Below, piece by piece: positions 1 to 13,666 of a stretch of DNA of 64,000 nucleotides (positions are counted from its first letter, which is position 1; each line of letters starts with the position of its first letter). The notes below the pieces were generated by a model, which was not told where the DNA came from, made no database searches, and saw nothing but the letters and a program-made list of their open reading frames with translations. This DNA is from Iphione sp. A-MEVVRFRX5 (taxonomy: Eukaryota). The stretch lies in the NCBI GenBank assembly GCA_976226885.1, contig OZ320313.1, forward strand, positions 52,638,001 through 52,702,000, written 5' to 3'. A program made the translations under genes and the position numbers.

Positions 1-3000
1 AAGGCAAAGGTACTGAAATTCGAATGTTGAGAAATTCGTACAGGTTGTACATGTAGATATCGAAAAAATAGAGAAAAGACTATTGAGAGTCTTCTTTTTG
101 ATATTTGTGGTCCCCTAAAGATTTGCGTGAATTCCTGTAAGTATAGATTGCCTTGCTTGGTGTACAAGTGAAAACATCCCCAAGGATACTGTCGTTGCTG
201 GCCTCCCAACAGGGAGAACGACCGCTCTTCTCGCGCAATGAATGACTCGCTGAGTGACTCACATAGCCTCCAGAAGCTAAATAAAGTCGTCACCAATGGG
301 CTCCAGATCAGAACCAAACGACCTTTTCCCTAGGCAGAAACATGCTGGAGAATCCCTTGGGCTATGACGACAGCGGTTTACTGGAAGAATACCTTCTGGT
401 GTTAAGGACGGTACGTCTAGTTTGGCCAGTCTCTCGGTTGGTTAGAAAATCAGTCCTTGCTGAGAGTCGGAGGATAAACAAGATAGCATTTCTAGGAATA
501 GCTACTGCATACATGCCTACATTCTTTACATTGTGAAAGAAAATTCTGAATGCCCTTACGAAAGCAATCATTACCCCGGAAGTAGAATGGGTCTGAGTAC
601 AAAGCTAAGGTCACAGACTAACAACAGTGGCAGTTAACGTCTGAAGATTTGCCGACTGATCAAATACGTTCACAACAATGAACTGGTCACTAAAAACTGT
701 GGGACGCCTATTGCTACTACGCATCTACTCTATCCTTAAGTGTACCCGCAGGCACCTGTCTCGAACACTCGATGTCAGCGACGTTAACCAGCTCTAACAC
801 ATCCATCAGACATTATCAATGACGGTAAGAGGCATATTTACTAGACAGTCTACGTGCAAAACTACCAGCGGCGAAGTCACCTTTCCGGACACTTTTGGGG
901 AGTGAGGAGATAAAAACAAATCGATCCTGAAGGCGTTTGTCTCCGAGATTAGCGGCGACTGCGGCTGATGAGGGCTCCAAACGCAGTGAGTCAGAACAAG
1001 TTGGCAAACGTCTTGGAAGACCTAACCAGATTAACTGGATTAGGGGTAGGAGGAGGCGGAGGGGAGGAGGAGGAGGAGCGTACGGCTATAGGGTGGCGAT
1101 AACGCTTTGATCCTCCAGGTTACCACGGACGAATTAGACAAGCCGAGCGTTCGCCGCGCCCGAACCGCGCGGTCGTCGACATCACAGACCAGCGCGCTGC
1201 CATGGAAACCGTTCAAGCGGCGGCCATTTTGGCCGCTGAGTGAATGACCCGAACGTTAAGGCTACGGTCGTCTTGTATTTCACATTATCGGCGGAATCAT
1301 TATGACGATCATTGCCGCTAGTCGTGTCAGCCGACCGGCACGGACAATCCGCTGCTTGTGATCTTATTATTTTTAGGGGTGGGCCCCCGATCCGGAGCCC
1401 TCTCCCGTCCCCGGAATTCTTGGCCCTAGCCTCTGAATCATAGACTACTCGATAGATGGCGCGAGCTGGCTTTGTCTTCCCATAGTCATTACTGTAACGA
1501 GATCTCACGATCCGCTGATTCGTTCGGCGATGTCAACTCTATCCAAGTACTGACAAGATTACAGTTCCGGAACGTAGGCTTCCCCCCTCAAACCCTCCCC
1601 TGCCCTTCGACTCTCTCCATATCCCCGACAAGCCCCTCCCGTGACTGTCATTCTCCTCTATGGTGCTGTGAGTTGTGTCCTCATCAGTTCTCAGAGTGCA
1701 TTCTTCCATAGCATCCTCGTCAAACTTTTAATTCTTCTTTTTCTTCGTCTTCTTCTGCTTCTTATTCATCTTCTTGTTCTTTTCCTTCCTTTTCTGTTTC
1801 ACACCTATCTTTACTTCCTCGTGGAACATCACTGCCATTACAGTAGTTGGCTGACCCTCTTCTCTTTACTCTTCATCTCTTTACCTATCGTTGGTCAGGA
1901 TGTTTTGTTTACAAAAAGAAAGTATGGGAAATAGTAAAGACATAGTTAGGTAACGCATGATTATTATTTATAGGAACGTACAAATATAAGTAAGGATGCT
2001 ACAAAGTGTTAAGCCGAAAGAGACCACATGATGTGGACAATGTAACCCTCATGTAACACCGCGAATAATGCGTTTTATATCCGACATCGGGATAGTTAAC
2101 CCTCCGAAACATTATCCCGCCACCTTCCCCTGGCAAACGCTTCTGGCAGCCAGATGTGCGCATCCCAAGCACACTAGTCCGCCTACATGGAAAAATCGCA
2201 ATGTTTTGGGCGGGAGAACAAAAAAATAACATGGGGAAAGAGAGTGTTGACGGGCCGGGAACTCGCAGGATGTGCCGACAGAACATGAGGCCTAGCGAGG
2301 GGAAGTTGGAGCAGAAAATGTAAAGACATGAAGAGGTTCGGTCTCTGCGCCAAGCGTTCACGTTTGTCTTCTGAGATTAAATTTTCAAAATTAGTAGCAA
2401 GTATTACAAAATGAATACAATATGTTTTACTAACCTTCAGAAGTTGTGGAGAACGTCATCGTTTATCAAATACATTTACATGTATGAAGGAACGTTTATA
2501 AAGTTCTGTGCTATCTGCAGTTAATAGGGATGGATCTCTTACGAAAGGAAGTGGTATAGCTTTATTGTGTCTGAGACGCGATACCTCACATGCATTTCTA
2601 ATATTCTCTCTCCAAGAGTGTCAGAGGCAATGGGTCAGGTTTTAGTGCCTCAAACGTGAGTACACTCTGCTGGTTTACACCAACCCTCATCCACCAGCCG
2701 TGTACATGTATATATAAAACAGGGACAGCTCAAGTTGCCCCAGGAGCTATCATCGCCTGTACAAGATTGGGACAAGGCCTGTCCTTTTACATTCACGGGA
2801 AGTACTTTGATACCTGTCAAGTGAAGACGGGAGAAACATTTCTTTTTTCTCTCAATTACACGCACTAATCTCTCAAATGTGTCCGATCAAAAGAGACACA
2901 GCGAGAGAAAACTATTTTCTGCAGTGACTACATGTACATCAAGGAAGTGACCTATGCCAAACTTTTTTTAATAATGCATGGGTAACTTAGTAAAGTCCAC

Positions 3001-6000
3001 GATATATTCTTGAAAAGAAGGATTTCAAACAACTGCTGTGGTTTTCAAGGTTGACTGTACACAAGAGTCTAAGATGGATTGATTGTTTACACTAATATAT
3101 TTTACTTTGTAAAAACATATCCCCCAAACCTTACAATATATGACAATAAGAGCTATCACATCGAAGGAGATGTTAGCATTCTAAACATGCCCGGAGTGCA
3201 TAGTCTGTAAAACCTTTTGAATAAAAAGTATCGTCTTTTCCATCAAAATTTCTAGAAATAATATCGGATCCCTCTCTTTAGAGAAGAATTTTCAGCAAAC
3301 ATTTCGTGAAGGACATACTTTATACAAATTATTAGGTATAAATTATTGATTTCAGAAACTGTAGCTGAGAAATCTAAGTAAAGACCCCACAATCGACTCT
3401 CGTTAAAGTATGCAAAGATTTACATGTATTGTGCTGGGGCATACTTATACTGATCGCAACTTTGAAAGAAGTAAGTACTCGTTTTTGCTGCAAATTCCTG
3501 TAAATTGACGTTTGCGTTAAAAATTCCAAGGGTTCTTACATGTTCTTCGTTTTTTTCTCTAATCGTTAGGATTTTGATTTGATGTAGAGTCAATTTAAGG
3601 TCTAAATTGTAAGTGCAAGCTTTCTGTTTTTCTTTACGTCTATCTCTACTCCTCAATCATGTTTTACACACCACATTTTGTCCTTTCAAGTTGACATCGA
3701 TTTCACCTTTTTCGCTTGACAGATCGAAAAAAGCTGCTGAGAACCTTCCGATGCCCTGCATGTGTCCGCTCGCAGGGGGTCACTGCTCCCGGGTAGTCGC
3801 ATGGTCTTCACACAGACGCTTGATTAGCGCCCCCTTCAGGAAGTGTTGGCTACCTGTGGTCACCATGGCGACAACTGTAAGGATGAGACGGAGCGGCCTC
3901 TCCGAGAGCCTCCAGGATGCTATGCAGGGTATCGCTCCATGGGCCAAGATAGGACAGGGTCATAGGGACCACCCTCTCTGGGCCACCCTGCCCCGACCTC
4001 TCGACCCTTGACCCCCGACCCCTAATGCCAAGTTAGTGTCAGACTTGGGGCGATTCCTTAGAGACGTGCTGATCATGCCGATAGTGAATTGACTGTCGGT
4101 CTAACCTCTCTGCAGATAGACTCCACATATTATGGTAACCTTCTAGATATGTACATGTGGCGGATAAATAGGTAGGCTGTCGGGAGTGTCTTGCTCAAAT
4201 TCCTCCCCCTGTGACTATGTCCGTGGGAATACTGTATGAGACCAAAAGGTCAAGAATCACCCGAAAAATTTTGAGCAGAGATTTTCGAAGCAGTCGAACC
4301 CAAAATGGAACCCTACACTTATTTGTTTTGATCAGAGACAGAGAGACACTTTAGAAGACCAATTCCAAGTGAAAGCCAGACTTACAAATGGTGGATACTA
4401 CTCAGCATTCAATTTTCCAATTTAGATAAGGCAAATAAAATTCAAATTCTGACAGCAGTAAATGTCATTCCTCATATCTAGAAATGTCAAAATATAAGCC
4501 AACATGAGACGTACGGTTAGAACAGATGCACTGCAAGGCATAATTGGATAAGACAAGCTTTACTGTATCTTAAGTTTTAAAGCCTACCTTTCCATTTGCA
4601 CGGCTGCGAGAAACTACGATTCGAATTAATATCATATCACAAAGAATGGCATGGAAGCAAATATGGCAGAATTGGTTTCAAAGAAGACGAGGCATAGAGA
4701 TACAGAAGATACAAACAGGTAGATGTACGCCTAGAGATAGATGGACAAATACAGCTGCAGGAAAGGGCCCTCATTGCTAATGAAAAAATTGTTGCTGGCA
4801 GTCCATGGGTGTGCGGCGTTGACAAGTCCTCCCAGCGCGCCCAAGGCGGTGGTGAGGCCGTGATGAAACCATTTAGCCCGCCATAATAAGTTACACCCCT
4901 GGGTGGCTCTGCTTCTCCATGAGCAACGCCCAATATCTGTCGCTCTTTTATATACAAAATATCACGAGCCAGTCACTTGTGTGCAAAGAAAGCTCACTCC
5001 GACTTTGGTGTTTTAAAAATGTAAATAGGCCATCCCTGTAGCGATTAAATATTCGATTTATAGTTTTATAGAAACCGTTACTTCAAAGAGAGCATCAGGT
5101 AAAAAACTTTTGATTTAAGGACGTGTTTTCCATGTTTCAAAAGGTGCTAATGTATAGTAAGCGCCCTTTATTTTAAATACACACTTATGTATTTAACTTT
5201 CCATTTCCATCGTGACTGTCTCCTCAAATGCGTCTGCCCATTACCGATAAGGCAATGCATGTTATGCTACTAACGAATGATCCCGATAATGATCAATCCA
5301 AAATTGTGGCCCTTTTTACTCCTTCATACATGTATCCCTATCCCGTCCTCTCTTTCCTACAGTTTTCAGTCTGCGTCCCATATCTTATCCTCTAACACCT
5401 ATTCAGATACTGTGCTGTATCCATCACCATCGCATCAGTCTCCGTTATCTGACGGAGCAGCACAGAAGAGAAGGATCAAACAACTAAGGCCTAGCAATGC
5501 TTAAGTATGACAACTCTCCATGTTAGTGAGACAAAATGATTGCACTCAGTTGCATTTAGCTTCCAATTGAAATGTTTCTGTACATCGCCTCAAGAAGGTC
5601 TTGATTGCAGATCACAACTGTCGTCCGTCCCCTTTGGCGAGTATAAGCCATCGGTATGAGTGAAACCTCCGGGCATTTTTCCGGATATCATCGCACAGTT
5701 TTACTTCTATTGATTTGCATAAATGTTTGCTGCAGAGATGCGGCGGTGCCTCTTGAGTTCTTCCTCTCATGCATGCTTTTTTTCTTTTACGGAGACACGT
5801 TCCTGATAATAACAAAACCCAAAATGCCCGGGACACCCAATCGTCAAGCAAACACGCCAAGTCTTCATATTGACTTCCCTGATTCCCGCTAGGGAATGCC
5901 CTAGTCCCTTCGGTTACAACGTTGTAATTCCGGCTGCAAAGATGACTTGTTGAGCGTTATGCCCAGAAGATATGAGCTGCATTTTTTTCTCTCCCCTGCT

Positions 6001-9000
6001 CATAGCCCGGACGAGGAATATTTCTATCATGAGATCTGTTCTTCACGTGGCATCGTCCTTAGGGGAAATGTGATGATTTCAGATCCTCGTCAAGATAATT
6101 AGAGTCATTTCAAGAGGCTCGTATTTTTTTCCAACAGAAATGTTATCCTGGCGGGGTTGGTGTAGCTTGTTAGAATCTAGAAGTCGTTGACACCCGGAAC
6201 TAGTAAGCGCCAGTCCGGAATTAGTTCGACGGAGCCTGGTTTGGGCCCGACATCCGCGCTATCAACGCATGCCATCAAACACCGCACTCAATCCATCATG
6301 GATTCTGATTGGTCTAAAATGGACCGGCGCTTTCTCCGGGGTGTTTTGTGACTAAGGAGGGAGGGAGCGAGGGCGATGAGGTTGTGAAGCGGAAAGGTGT
6401 CCCTGGACGGGAGGGACACAGCATGGAGGACTGCCAAAAATAGGTGGGGGAGGGGGCTGTAGAGTAACCGGAGGCCAGTCGAAGGCGGCCCCTCCGCTGT
6501 ATCAAAATTGCACAAATTGAATAAAAGGCAATGGCCTGGCGGTATGAGAGTTCGGGCGGATGGCAAGATGAAGAATTGCCTTCATTTCATTAGCCGAGCT
6601 GTGTTGCTGGCACATGAAGCCAACCAGTCAGCGAGTAGTCGGAGGCTCGACTTGATCGTTTTCACTATTACATCAGCGGAGGCCAGTTGCTGGTATCGCC
6701 GCAGAAGCGTCTGCGCCCATCACGTGCTGCCCCCTGGGGGGAATAGAATCAATTTTCTGTCATTTTTCCTCTATCCGACTTGCAGCAAACAGTTCGACCA
6801 TTTTCCAACGTAAATGAACTGTGGCACGAATAAATATGTTCGTAAAGAATTGAAATAATGAATTTTATAAAAACTGACAGTCGTCCTTCGCGCGAAAAAA
6901 AGGTGATGTGGAAATGGCAAAGCTCTAAACTTATAATTGAACAGTCACTTTTTCGACTTTCGTCGTAGGCCGGACTTACACTAATTAAGACACAATTTCA
7001 AACCTCTAAATGACGTGAGTATATCTCGTAGAAATATCGAAAACGAATGGCTGCCTTACAAATTACCAATTCAATTAATGAACTGCAAAGGTGTGGGTAA
7101 ATATTAAATACAGGATCGGTAGATTCTTGTAACATATATACAGAAGGCGTCCATCACTTATCTGGGGTCTCACCTGAATGATTATGGGAAAATAGGATCA
7201 GCACTTTTATCCTGACCAAATCCCACGTGAATCGCCACCACCACTAGGCCACCTGTGCCTCTGCCTTGCAGTCTCATGGAGTAGTTGACTTAGTGAGCTT
7301 GGCAGGCCTGAGTATACAATCCATGGCCACTGTGAACAATTAACTCACCGTTTGCTCGGCGGACTGGGCGCAGACGGCCTGACTGGCTTCCTTAGTGTAC
7401 CAACAACCCCATCGGTCTCTTCCCCACAACTCATGCTAGGCAAATGAAGCACTGGTGGCAAGACAGACCATCGCTCACTCTCTTGTCAATCGATAACAAT
7501 GCACCTCTTAAAAGTTCTCTATATCAACTTGAATTGGTCAATCATTTCAGCCTCCACACGTTGACATTTTCCGGTATAATTACATGTTTGTGAAGGTCGT
7601 TATGTTTACGGATCTGTGATCGCTAGATTACTTGTGACTGAAGATTAACATTCTATGGCGAATCAGGCAATAGCTCTATTTCATTCATCCAATTGTGTGC
7701 TTACTTCTCATGTATTCGACATGTCATATGATGGCAACGGTCCATGGGGACGAAAGATCATGTACTTACAGATTCATAATATAGATTCCCTAAAAGCCGA
7801 GGAAGACCTTAGAAGACAACCGAAGAATGCAACCTCTTTTTGTCTTCTAGTGGAGATTTGCACATATTTTGATGTATACTTTGTGAACCTAATGGAAAAT
7901 TGAAAACAAAGACATCATACGGGGGCTAGTTGGGTGGAATATCATATAAACAGCTCTTAAGTATGTCGAAATATACAGTAAAGGTGAGGCCAACATACTG
8001 CTTCGCTGTTTGGAAGCACATGTAGCTTGAATCATACTAACCTGGATCCCTGCTTAAACAGAAGCCCTCTGTTTACAAGTTTGGTTTTTTGGGGGAAGGA
8101 GTCTGTGATCTGAGTGCCTTTCACCGCGATTCCGTAGACGACTCATGTCATCAGACTCTTAGAATCGTACCTCCCTGTGGGCTCATATAACACCGATGAA
8201 ACCGTTTTCTTTTCGCAAAAAGCGGATAAATATAAACATTGCATATACACCTGTCTGGCTTGTCAGAGCGTTAAGGCCTAGGACACACAAGGGGTTCAGT
8301 ATTGGCATATTCTCAAAAGAAACGACGACGAAAATTTCAGTCGGCCTGAAAGTCAGCTGAACAGTCACCCCTATCAGCTCCATGCCTGACAGTTGTTTCT
8401 GACAGTCGTGCCGACAAGCAAGTCCGACAGCCTGGTTCCAGTAGTTAGTATCAATACCTAGGCCTTTCAGTTGAGCTCAAGAGTCTGTCTCACTTTCAGC
8501 CGCGACGCTTTGCTTCACAGTGAACCGAAAATTCATGGCCGACGATCACTTCCGAAAATCTCGACTGACGGTTCTCGGCACTGAGCTAAAATCTTCCGGT
8601 GAAGGAAGAAGACCGAGACCTCAACTGCCGGCGGCAGCGAAGCGAGTACACATTAGATCAGGTTCTGTGGCGTCTAACTGGATTTGCGACCGTCGATGAG
8701 GCCTGGGACGTCGGTGCTCACCCTTAGGATCCAGCCTCGGGCATGACGACCGCCTCTGATGTGCAAATAATGCACGTTGAGTGTGCCGTGAACGAAGGAA
8801 CATAGGTTTTGTGTGTTCGGTGTTAGGATTGCAAATGTAGTGACTTTAGGTGTCCGTCTTCAATTCTGATTTGACATCTTGCGGGGCAAACGCGTATGAA
8901 TGAAATGATAGCCCTACGGGCCGTTGTAATACACATTACTTAGTTTGAACATCGAAGAAAGCAATTCAAATGAAATTCAAGTGGCCAATAGTAGTTCAAG

Positions 9001-10083
9001 AACTTCTAGCAATCTTTACCCTACTCATTAAAAATGTTGCTCGAAAGTACTCCGTCCCCAGTGAAGTTTTATGCTGTTTGTGAGATTATGTAATATATAT
9101 AAATACATATTAACTACATGAACAGTTTTCTTTTCTGAAAACTGGACAGTACAAATGCCTAAAACCTTTTCGTATAAAGAATTCACAAAAACAACTAGGA
9201 GGAACTGCACTATATTTCACTTAGTGTAGGAATACATGTACTGTCCTACTCAGGTTTTCTCTCTCCCTTATACTGTTTCATCAGTTCCTGACGTAGTGAC
9301 CCTCTTTAGGTCACACCAAGCTCATTGGTTCTTTTCCTATGTGTGTCAAAGTCAACTACGAACTGAACAGGCTGAACATGTGCTTCTTGTGACTCCTCCC
9401 CCTCCCGCGGCCAATCTCATCAACCAGTGCAAGCGCCGAAGGCACTTGTTACGTGTAATAATACTTATACATTCGGCCAGAGTTACATGTCCACCATGCA
9501 AATGTAGACTCCAGTGGTCCCAAAATATTCGCTGTAAGCATATTTTAACTGAGTTTCAAATCTGTACCAGACCAAAAACAGAATAATATGGATGGTATGT
9601 GTGGAATCATTAGCGGGTCATCAGATGCAATTAGCAGAGTAAACGAAAGAGCCACGAAGGAAATCTGTATAAATTTCAAAACCTGTCTTCTAAGAATTAA
9701 CACAATTAACTTTGCAAGCAAATTTACTGTCTAGGTACACTCTAAGCAGGACAATTTCGGACTTATGTAGGAGAATAATGTTTTAAAACCGACCAGCGAG
9801 AACGAGGCTGCTTTTGGACAAATGAATGAATGTTTATTGAGGGGATTAATTTTGAAGATCTGCACTGTAGCAAAAAAAAACAGATTTATAGGCACACACC
9901 AAACAAGAGGGACCTCTCTGTTAACGAGTGTCTAGACATCATTAAATGTTATTTAAAAGGATAATAATTGCATCCTTGCGATAACTGCTTTCCAGTATGC
10001 AGAGTTGACTACCAATGTTCAGCGATTCACAAAAATTAATTGGGTATTTCTCATTAACGGTCAGGGCGTTTTGACAGATTTGA

Positions 10084-10213
10084 NNNNNNNNNNNNNNNNN
10101 NNNNNNNNNNNNNNNNNNNNNNNNNNNNNNNNNNNNNNNNNNNNNNNNNNNNNNNNNNNNNNNNNNNNNNNNNNNNNNNNNNNNNNNNNNNNNNNNNNNN
10201 NNNNNNNNNNNNN
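10084..10213. other. Assembly gap (130 N)
   Basis: Run of n. Confidence 1.
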
Positions 10214-12182
10214 AGGAAAAGGGGACATTAAGGGAGGGAGACCAGGAGGCACTGGGATTTGGTGTATGCATCACACATACCCAGAGGACAGTCATTCCGA
10301 CCAGCCAGCGTTGCAAGGTTTAATAAGAAACCGTTAAAAAGAGAGAGGGAGCCGGCTATTAGAGGCAGGAACCGTCAGCAGCGTGGCCTTATTGAACTGA
10401 CAACGACTCACGTCCGCGAAAAACACCTCATTGACAACTAACTATGGTGGTCAGATAGAGTGATAACTCAGTCCCCGTGACCATGCGCTCGGAACTCTGC
10501 CCTGTCCTGTAGTCGTTCAGCTGCTCGGGTAGTGGTGTCGTAGACCCAGCTGTGCCATCCAGGCAAGGATTTATGCCCCTCGTCATAGCGCGCTCGTGCC
10601 TGACGACCGCTAGCGCACGTCGCCGCTACGTCTCGGTCACGTTACGGCTACGCCCTGTCCGTCTTTCATCATAGCATCGACCGCGCGACGGTCACGCAGG
10701 CGCAGTGATCATATTACACTGATTAGCACTGCCGAACTGCCAATGCGCAAGTCAACTGAGGCGCCACCGCCAATCGACCCCTTGTGGAAACACAGACTAT
10801 AAATTTCTACCCGGATTGGACCAGTCGCGACGCTACTTACGTCGTAGACCTGTGTGTGGCCAATACAATTCGCTTCTTTATATATTCTAGTAAGCCCGGT
10901 AAGGCAAACAGTGGAATACGATTTCGATATGACTTCACTGTTTCCTTCAAATCAAAATTCGCTTCAGATGTGTTAAAGTATATATACAAATGTAATTACA
11001 GAACAAGAAAAGACACGGCCCCATTTTTTCAGGTAAGATGTTATAAGATTATTTTAACTTTTCTCTTCCCCTCTCCCTACCCCTCTGTCACCAGTTTCTA
11101 TTGTGCGTGTGTGTCTATGTGCGCGTGTCTGTTCCCTGACACCATTCATTACCAGGGTGAGAAAAATGGCCGCCCTCCCGGAGTTCCTTCCTCCAATTGC
11201 CATCCAGCAGTGAGCAGCTCGCTGGAGTGGCTCCATCCGCTCCTGGGCCCCTAGGTCCCCAATGCCGAGACCATTAATAAAGAAAACCCGTCATTTTCTC
11301 GCCTTTTTTCTGGTCCGCCTCCTGCCTTACTCACTCTATCCTCACCTATCACTACGAACCTCATTAATGTCTGGGTTTATCAAGGCTTTCAGCCAATTAG
11401 TGCGCAGAGGGTAGCGACGCCGGGTGGAGATATCGGTGCAAATTGTCCAGTTTACTTCCAGGGCACGCAGGAATGTGTATTTCTACTAATGACACCATTT
11501 CTCAGCATATAGGCAGGTACACATGGTACACAAGAAATATCATCGGCAAGAAACTGATAGTTTCCCTATCACAAACATACACTGGTCAGCCTAAAGAGAC
11601 ACATTCCACTTTCAATATGATAATAATTCGGTGCGATGTGTCTCCAATAATTTCTACATCAGTGATGAAAGGTGCAGGTAGTTGGCACGTTTGCCAAATT
11701 GAAGATGGAGAGATGATGGAAACGATACATGCATGGCCGTCATAGGCGCCGCCCTCGTTCAGAATGGGTTCCACCCATATGTTTTGAATTTTGCAATGAG
11801 ACCGTCTCCCAGGCGATAGCTTTCACAGCCACCCTACAGGACGTCGATATATTGTCCCTAATCTCTGCCATATTTACCATGCATCACTTTAGTCGCTGTC
11901 CTTGAAAAAAGGACGCGACGACTAACAAGGAAACTGTAACCCCTGTTGCCTGTCACATGTTTTCGATTTATGGTTGGAATTGTTCTAACCTACACCAATT
12001 TATATCAATCATGTTCACTCTACAGATGAGAGATAAGAAAAAAAGAACAATTTCAAGACATTCCCGTGTGCATATTATATTATCGAACAGCAAATGTAGC
12101 AGTACCAAAAATATGTGCTTGAAGGAAAAAAGATTCACCTAGATTCTTATCAAGCTAATTCTATTGTAGAATAAGGTAAGTC

Positions 12183-12417
12183 GTGGTGCCACGGCCAGAT
12201 GGAGTGTACTCGGTGACCCTGGTACTGGTAATAAGTGTACAGAGTCGTGGTGCCACAGTTTGGTAAGATGTACTCAGTGACCTCGGTATTACAGTTGAAT
12301 AAGATAAGTCGTGGTGCCACGGCTAGATTAGGTGCACTTTGTGACCCTAAAGGCTGGACTTAAGAAAGAACCGTGGCACCACCGTTATTCATAGCAAAGA
12401 AAAAGTTAGGGGTGACC
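12183..12417. promoter_or_regulatory. U3 tandem repeat (about 64-bp period) carrying four GTGG(TG/CA)CCAC palindromes and four GTGACC motifs
   Basis: GTGGTGCCAC at 12183, 12247 and 12311, and GTGGCACCAC at 12373. GTGACC at 12213, 12277, 12341 (each exactly 30 nt after a palindrome start) and 12412. The same array is in the 3' LTR at +9905. Confidence 0.85.
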
Positions 12418-12560
12418 TTGGGCCCTGGTAATCCAGGCCCCTATTACTTTGTAGCTTTTGCCTGTGCATTGATTGGTGGAACAGAATGACACTGAACATG
12501 TTGTAGCAGTTTTATTCCATACATTGATACATGGCCTGATCACATGACACTGTGGATTGC

Positions 12561-12590
12561 TATAAATAAGAGCCCAGTGTGGCAAATAAA
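12561..12590 (+). promoter_or_regulatory. LTR TATA box (TATAAAT, 12561) and AATAAA poly(A) signal (12585-12590); 3' LTR copies at 22466 and 22490-22495
   Basis: Motifs are in the sequence, in the order usual for a U3/R junction. Confidence 0.7.
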
Positions 12591-12784
12591 GTCAGTCTGA
12601 ACTTGGATTACGTTGTGGCACTTGTCTCTTCAGGGAATGATAGGAACACAAAACCACTTGGAGCAACCTTAAGGGTGGGCTTGAGGATTACCTAGTGGAG
12701 CAATACTAGTAAGGCAACTAAGCCAGGATACTAGCAGTCATAGCTGGATACTGCCAAGTGGAGAATTAAACACGCATATTACAC

Positions 12785-12802
12785 TGGTGTCAGAAATGGG
12801 AT
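12785..12802 (+). other. Primer-binding site, probably tRNA-Leu
   Basis: TGGTGTCAGAAATGGGAT starts 1 nt after the 5' LTR. It matches the complement of the tRNA-Leu 3' end (TGGTGTCAGAAGTGGGAT) with one mismatch. Confidence 0.85.
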
Positions 12803-12814
12803 TCCCCAGACAGG

Positions 12815-13666
12815 ATGGCTACAGCGTATGTCTCAGTGGATGATGAGGTTCAGATTCGGGTGACTAGTCCTACACCCGCCGAGGAAGAAGACGAACACTT
12901 TGAGATTGCTCCAGAGGAGCCATTGAAGATGAACACCTTGAAACCCGAACGCTTCGATGGGAAGACTGTCGATTGGGACAGCTGGATTGGCCAATTTTCC
13001 GAGTGGGCGGATGCATGCCGTTGGGGCGAAGATACCAAATGTTCGGCCCTAACTTTGTCGCTCACCGGGACAGCACGCATGTTCTACGGAGACTTACCCG
13101 CAGATGACAAGAGGGATTATGCCTCGAGGGTGGCAGCCCTGGAGCGGCGCTTCGGCCGACGCAGGGATCGGGTGGTAGCGATGCAGAAACTGTCCGGAGT
13201 GAGACGACAGAAGGACGAGGACATCCGAGACCTGGCTGACCGGGTAAGGAGGTTAGTTCGCACAGCTTATCCCGATGTAACCGGGGAGACCAGGGAACTG
13301 GCAGCCGTGGCGGCCTTTCAGAGGGCCTTAGCAGACTCCTTGCATCTCAAATGCCTGGAGGCAAAATGCACCACCCTTGACAATGCCATCCAGGTAGTGG
13401 AGACTCAAGAGCGGTTCCGGGCGAAGACAGTTAATGTGGTACAACAGCCGCCCGCTCCCCCAGTCACTCCGACCTGGAAGAAGGAAGTGGAGGAGATCAT
13501 TGCGCAGGAATTACGCAAGTTCCGTGAAGGAGAGAAAGCCCAGGAGGAGGGAAAACCTCGGAGACCGCGATTTACGGGATGCTACCAATGTGGACAACAA
13601 GGCCTCTTTAAGCGGGATTGCCCACAGGCCCCTACCCAGGGAAACGCCCAGCAGCCAGCCCAGTAG
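12815..13666 (+). CDS. gag: Gag (283 aa) with capsid-like core and a degenerate C-terminal zinc knuckle
   Basis: ORF begins just after the PBS. Contains retrotransposon Gag-like motifs (KPERFDGKTVDWDSWIGQF; RRQKDEDIRDLADRVRRLVRTAYP) and CYQCGQQGLFKRDC (C-X2-C-X4-L-X4-C). Confidence 0.92.
   Translation: MATAYVSVDDEVQIRVTSPTPAEEEDEHFEIAPEEPLKMNTLKPERFDGKTVDWDSWIGQFSEWADACRWGEDTKCSALTLSLTGTARMFYGDLPADDKRDYASRVAALERRFGRRRDRVVAMQKLSGVRRQKDEDIRDLADRVRRLVRTAYPDVTGETRELAAVAAFQRALADSLHLKCLEAKCTTLDNAIQVVETQERFRAKTVNVVQQPPAPPVTPTWKKEVEEIIAQELRKFREGEKAQEEGKPRRPRFTGCYQCGQQGLFKRDCPQAPTQGNAQQPAQ

Larger units (their letters stand above)
12165..12783 (+). repeat. 5' LTR
   Basis: Starts TGTAGAATAAGG, ends CGCATATTACA. 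I found no mismatch to 22070-22688 in a by-eye comparison. Confidence 0.97.

Noticed and set aside
300-600. Integrase-finger-like fragment on the minus strand (IQNFLSQCKEC)
   Set aside because: Many stops around it and no DDE core or other retroelement motifs, so it may be chance.
6147-6235. Second tRNA-like or SINE head
   Set aside because: A- and B-box matches are poor, there is no cloverleaf and no tail.
7345-7440. Possible 87-nt minus-strand exon ending at ACG|GTGAGT
   Set aside because: Splice signals are plausible but two frames are open, neither has a recognisable motif, and I found no neighbouring exons.
10784-11254. 156-aa ORF and other short ORFs of 60-180 aa across the window
   Set aside because: Mostly non-ATG starts, random-like composition and no motifs, as expected by chance in non-coding DNA.
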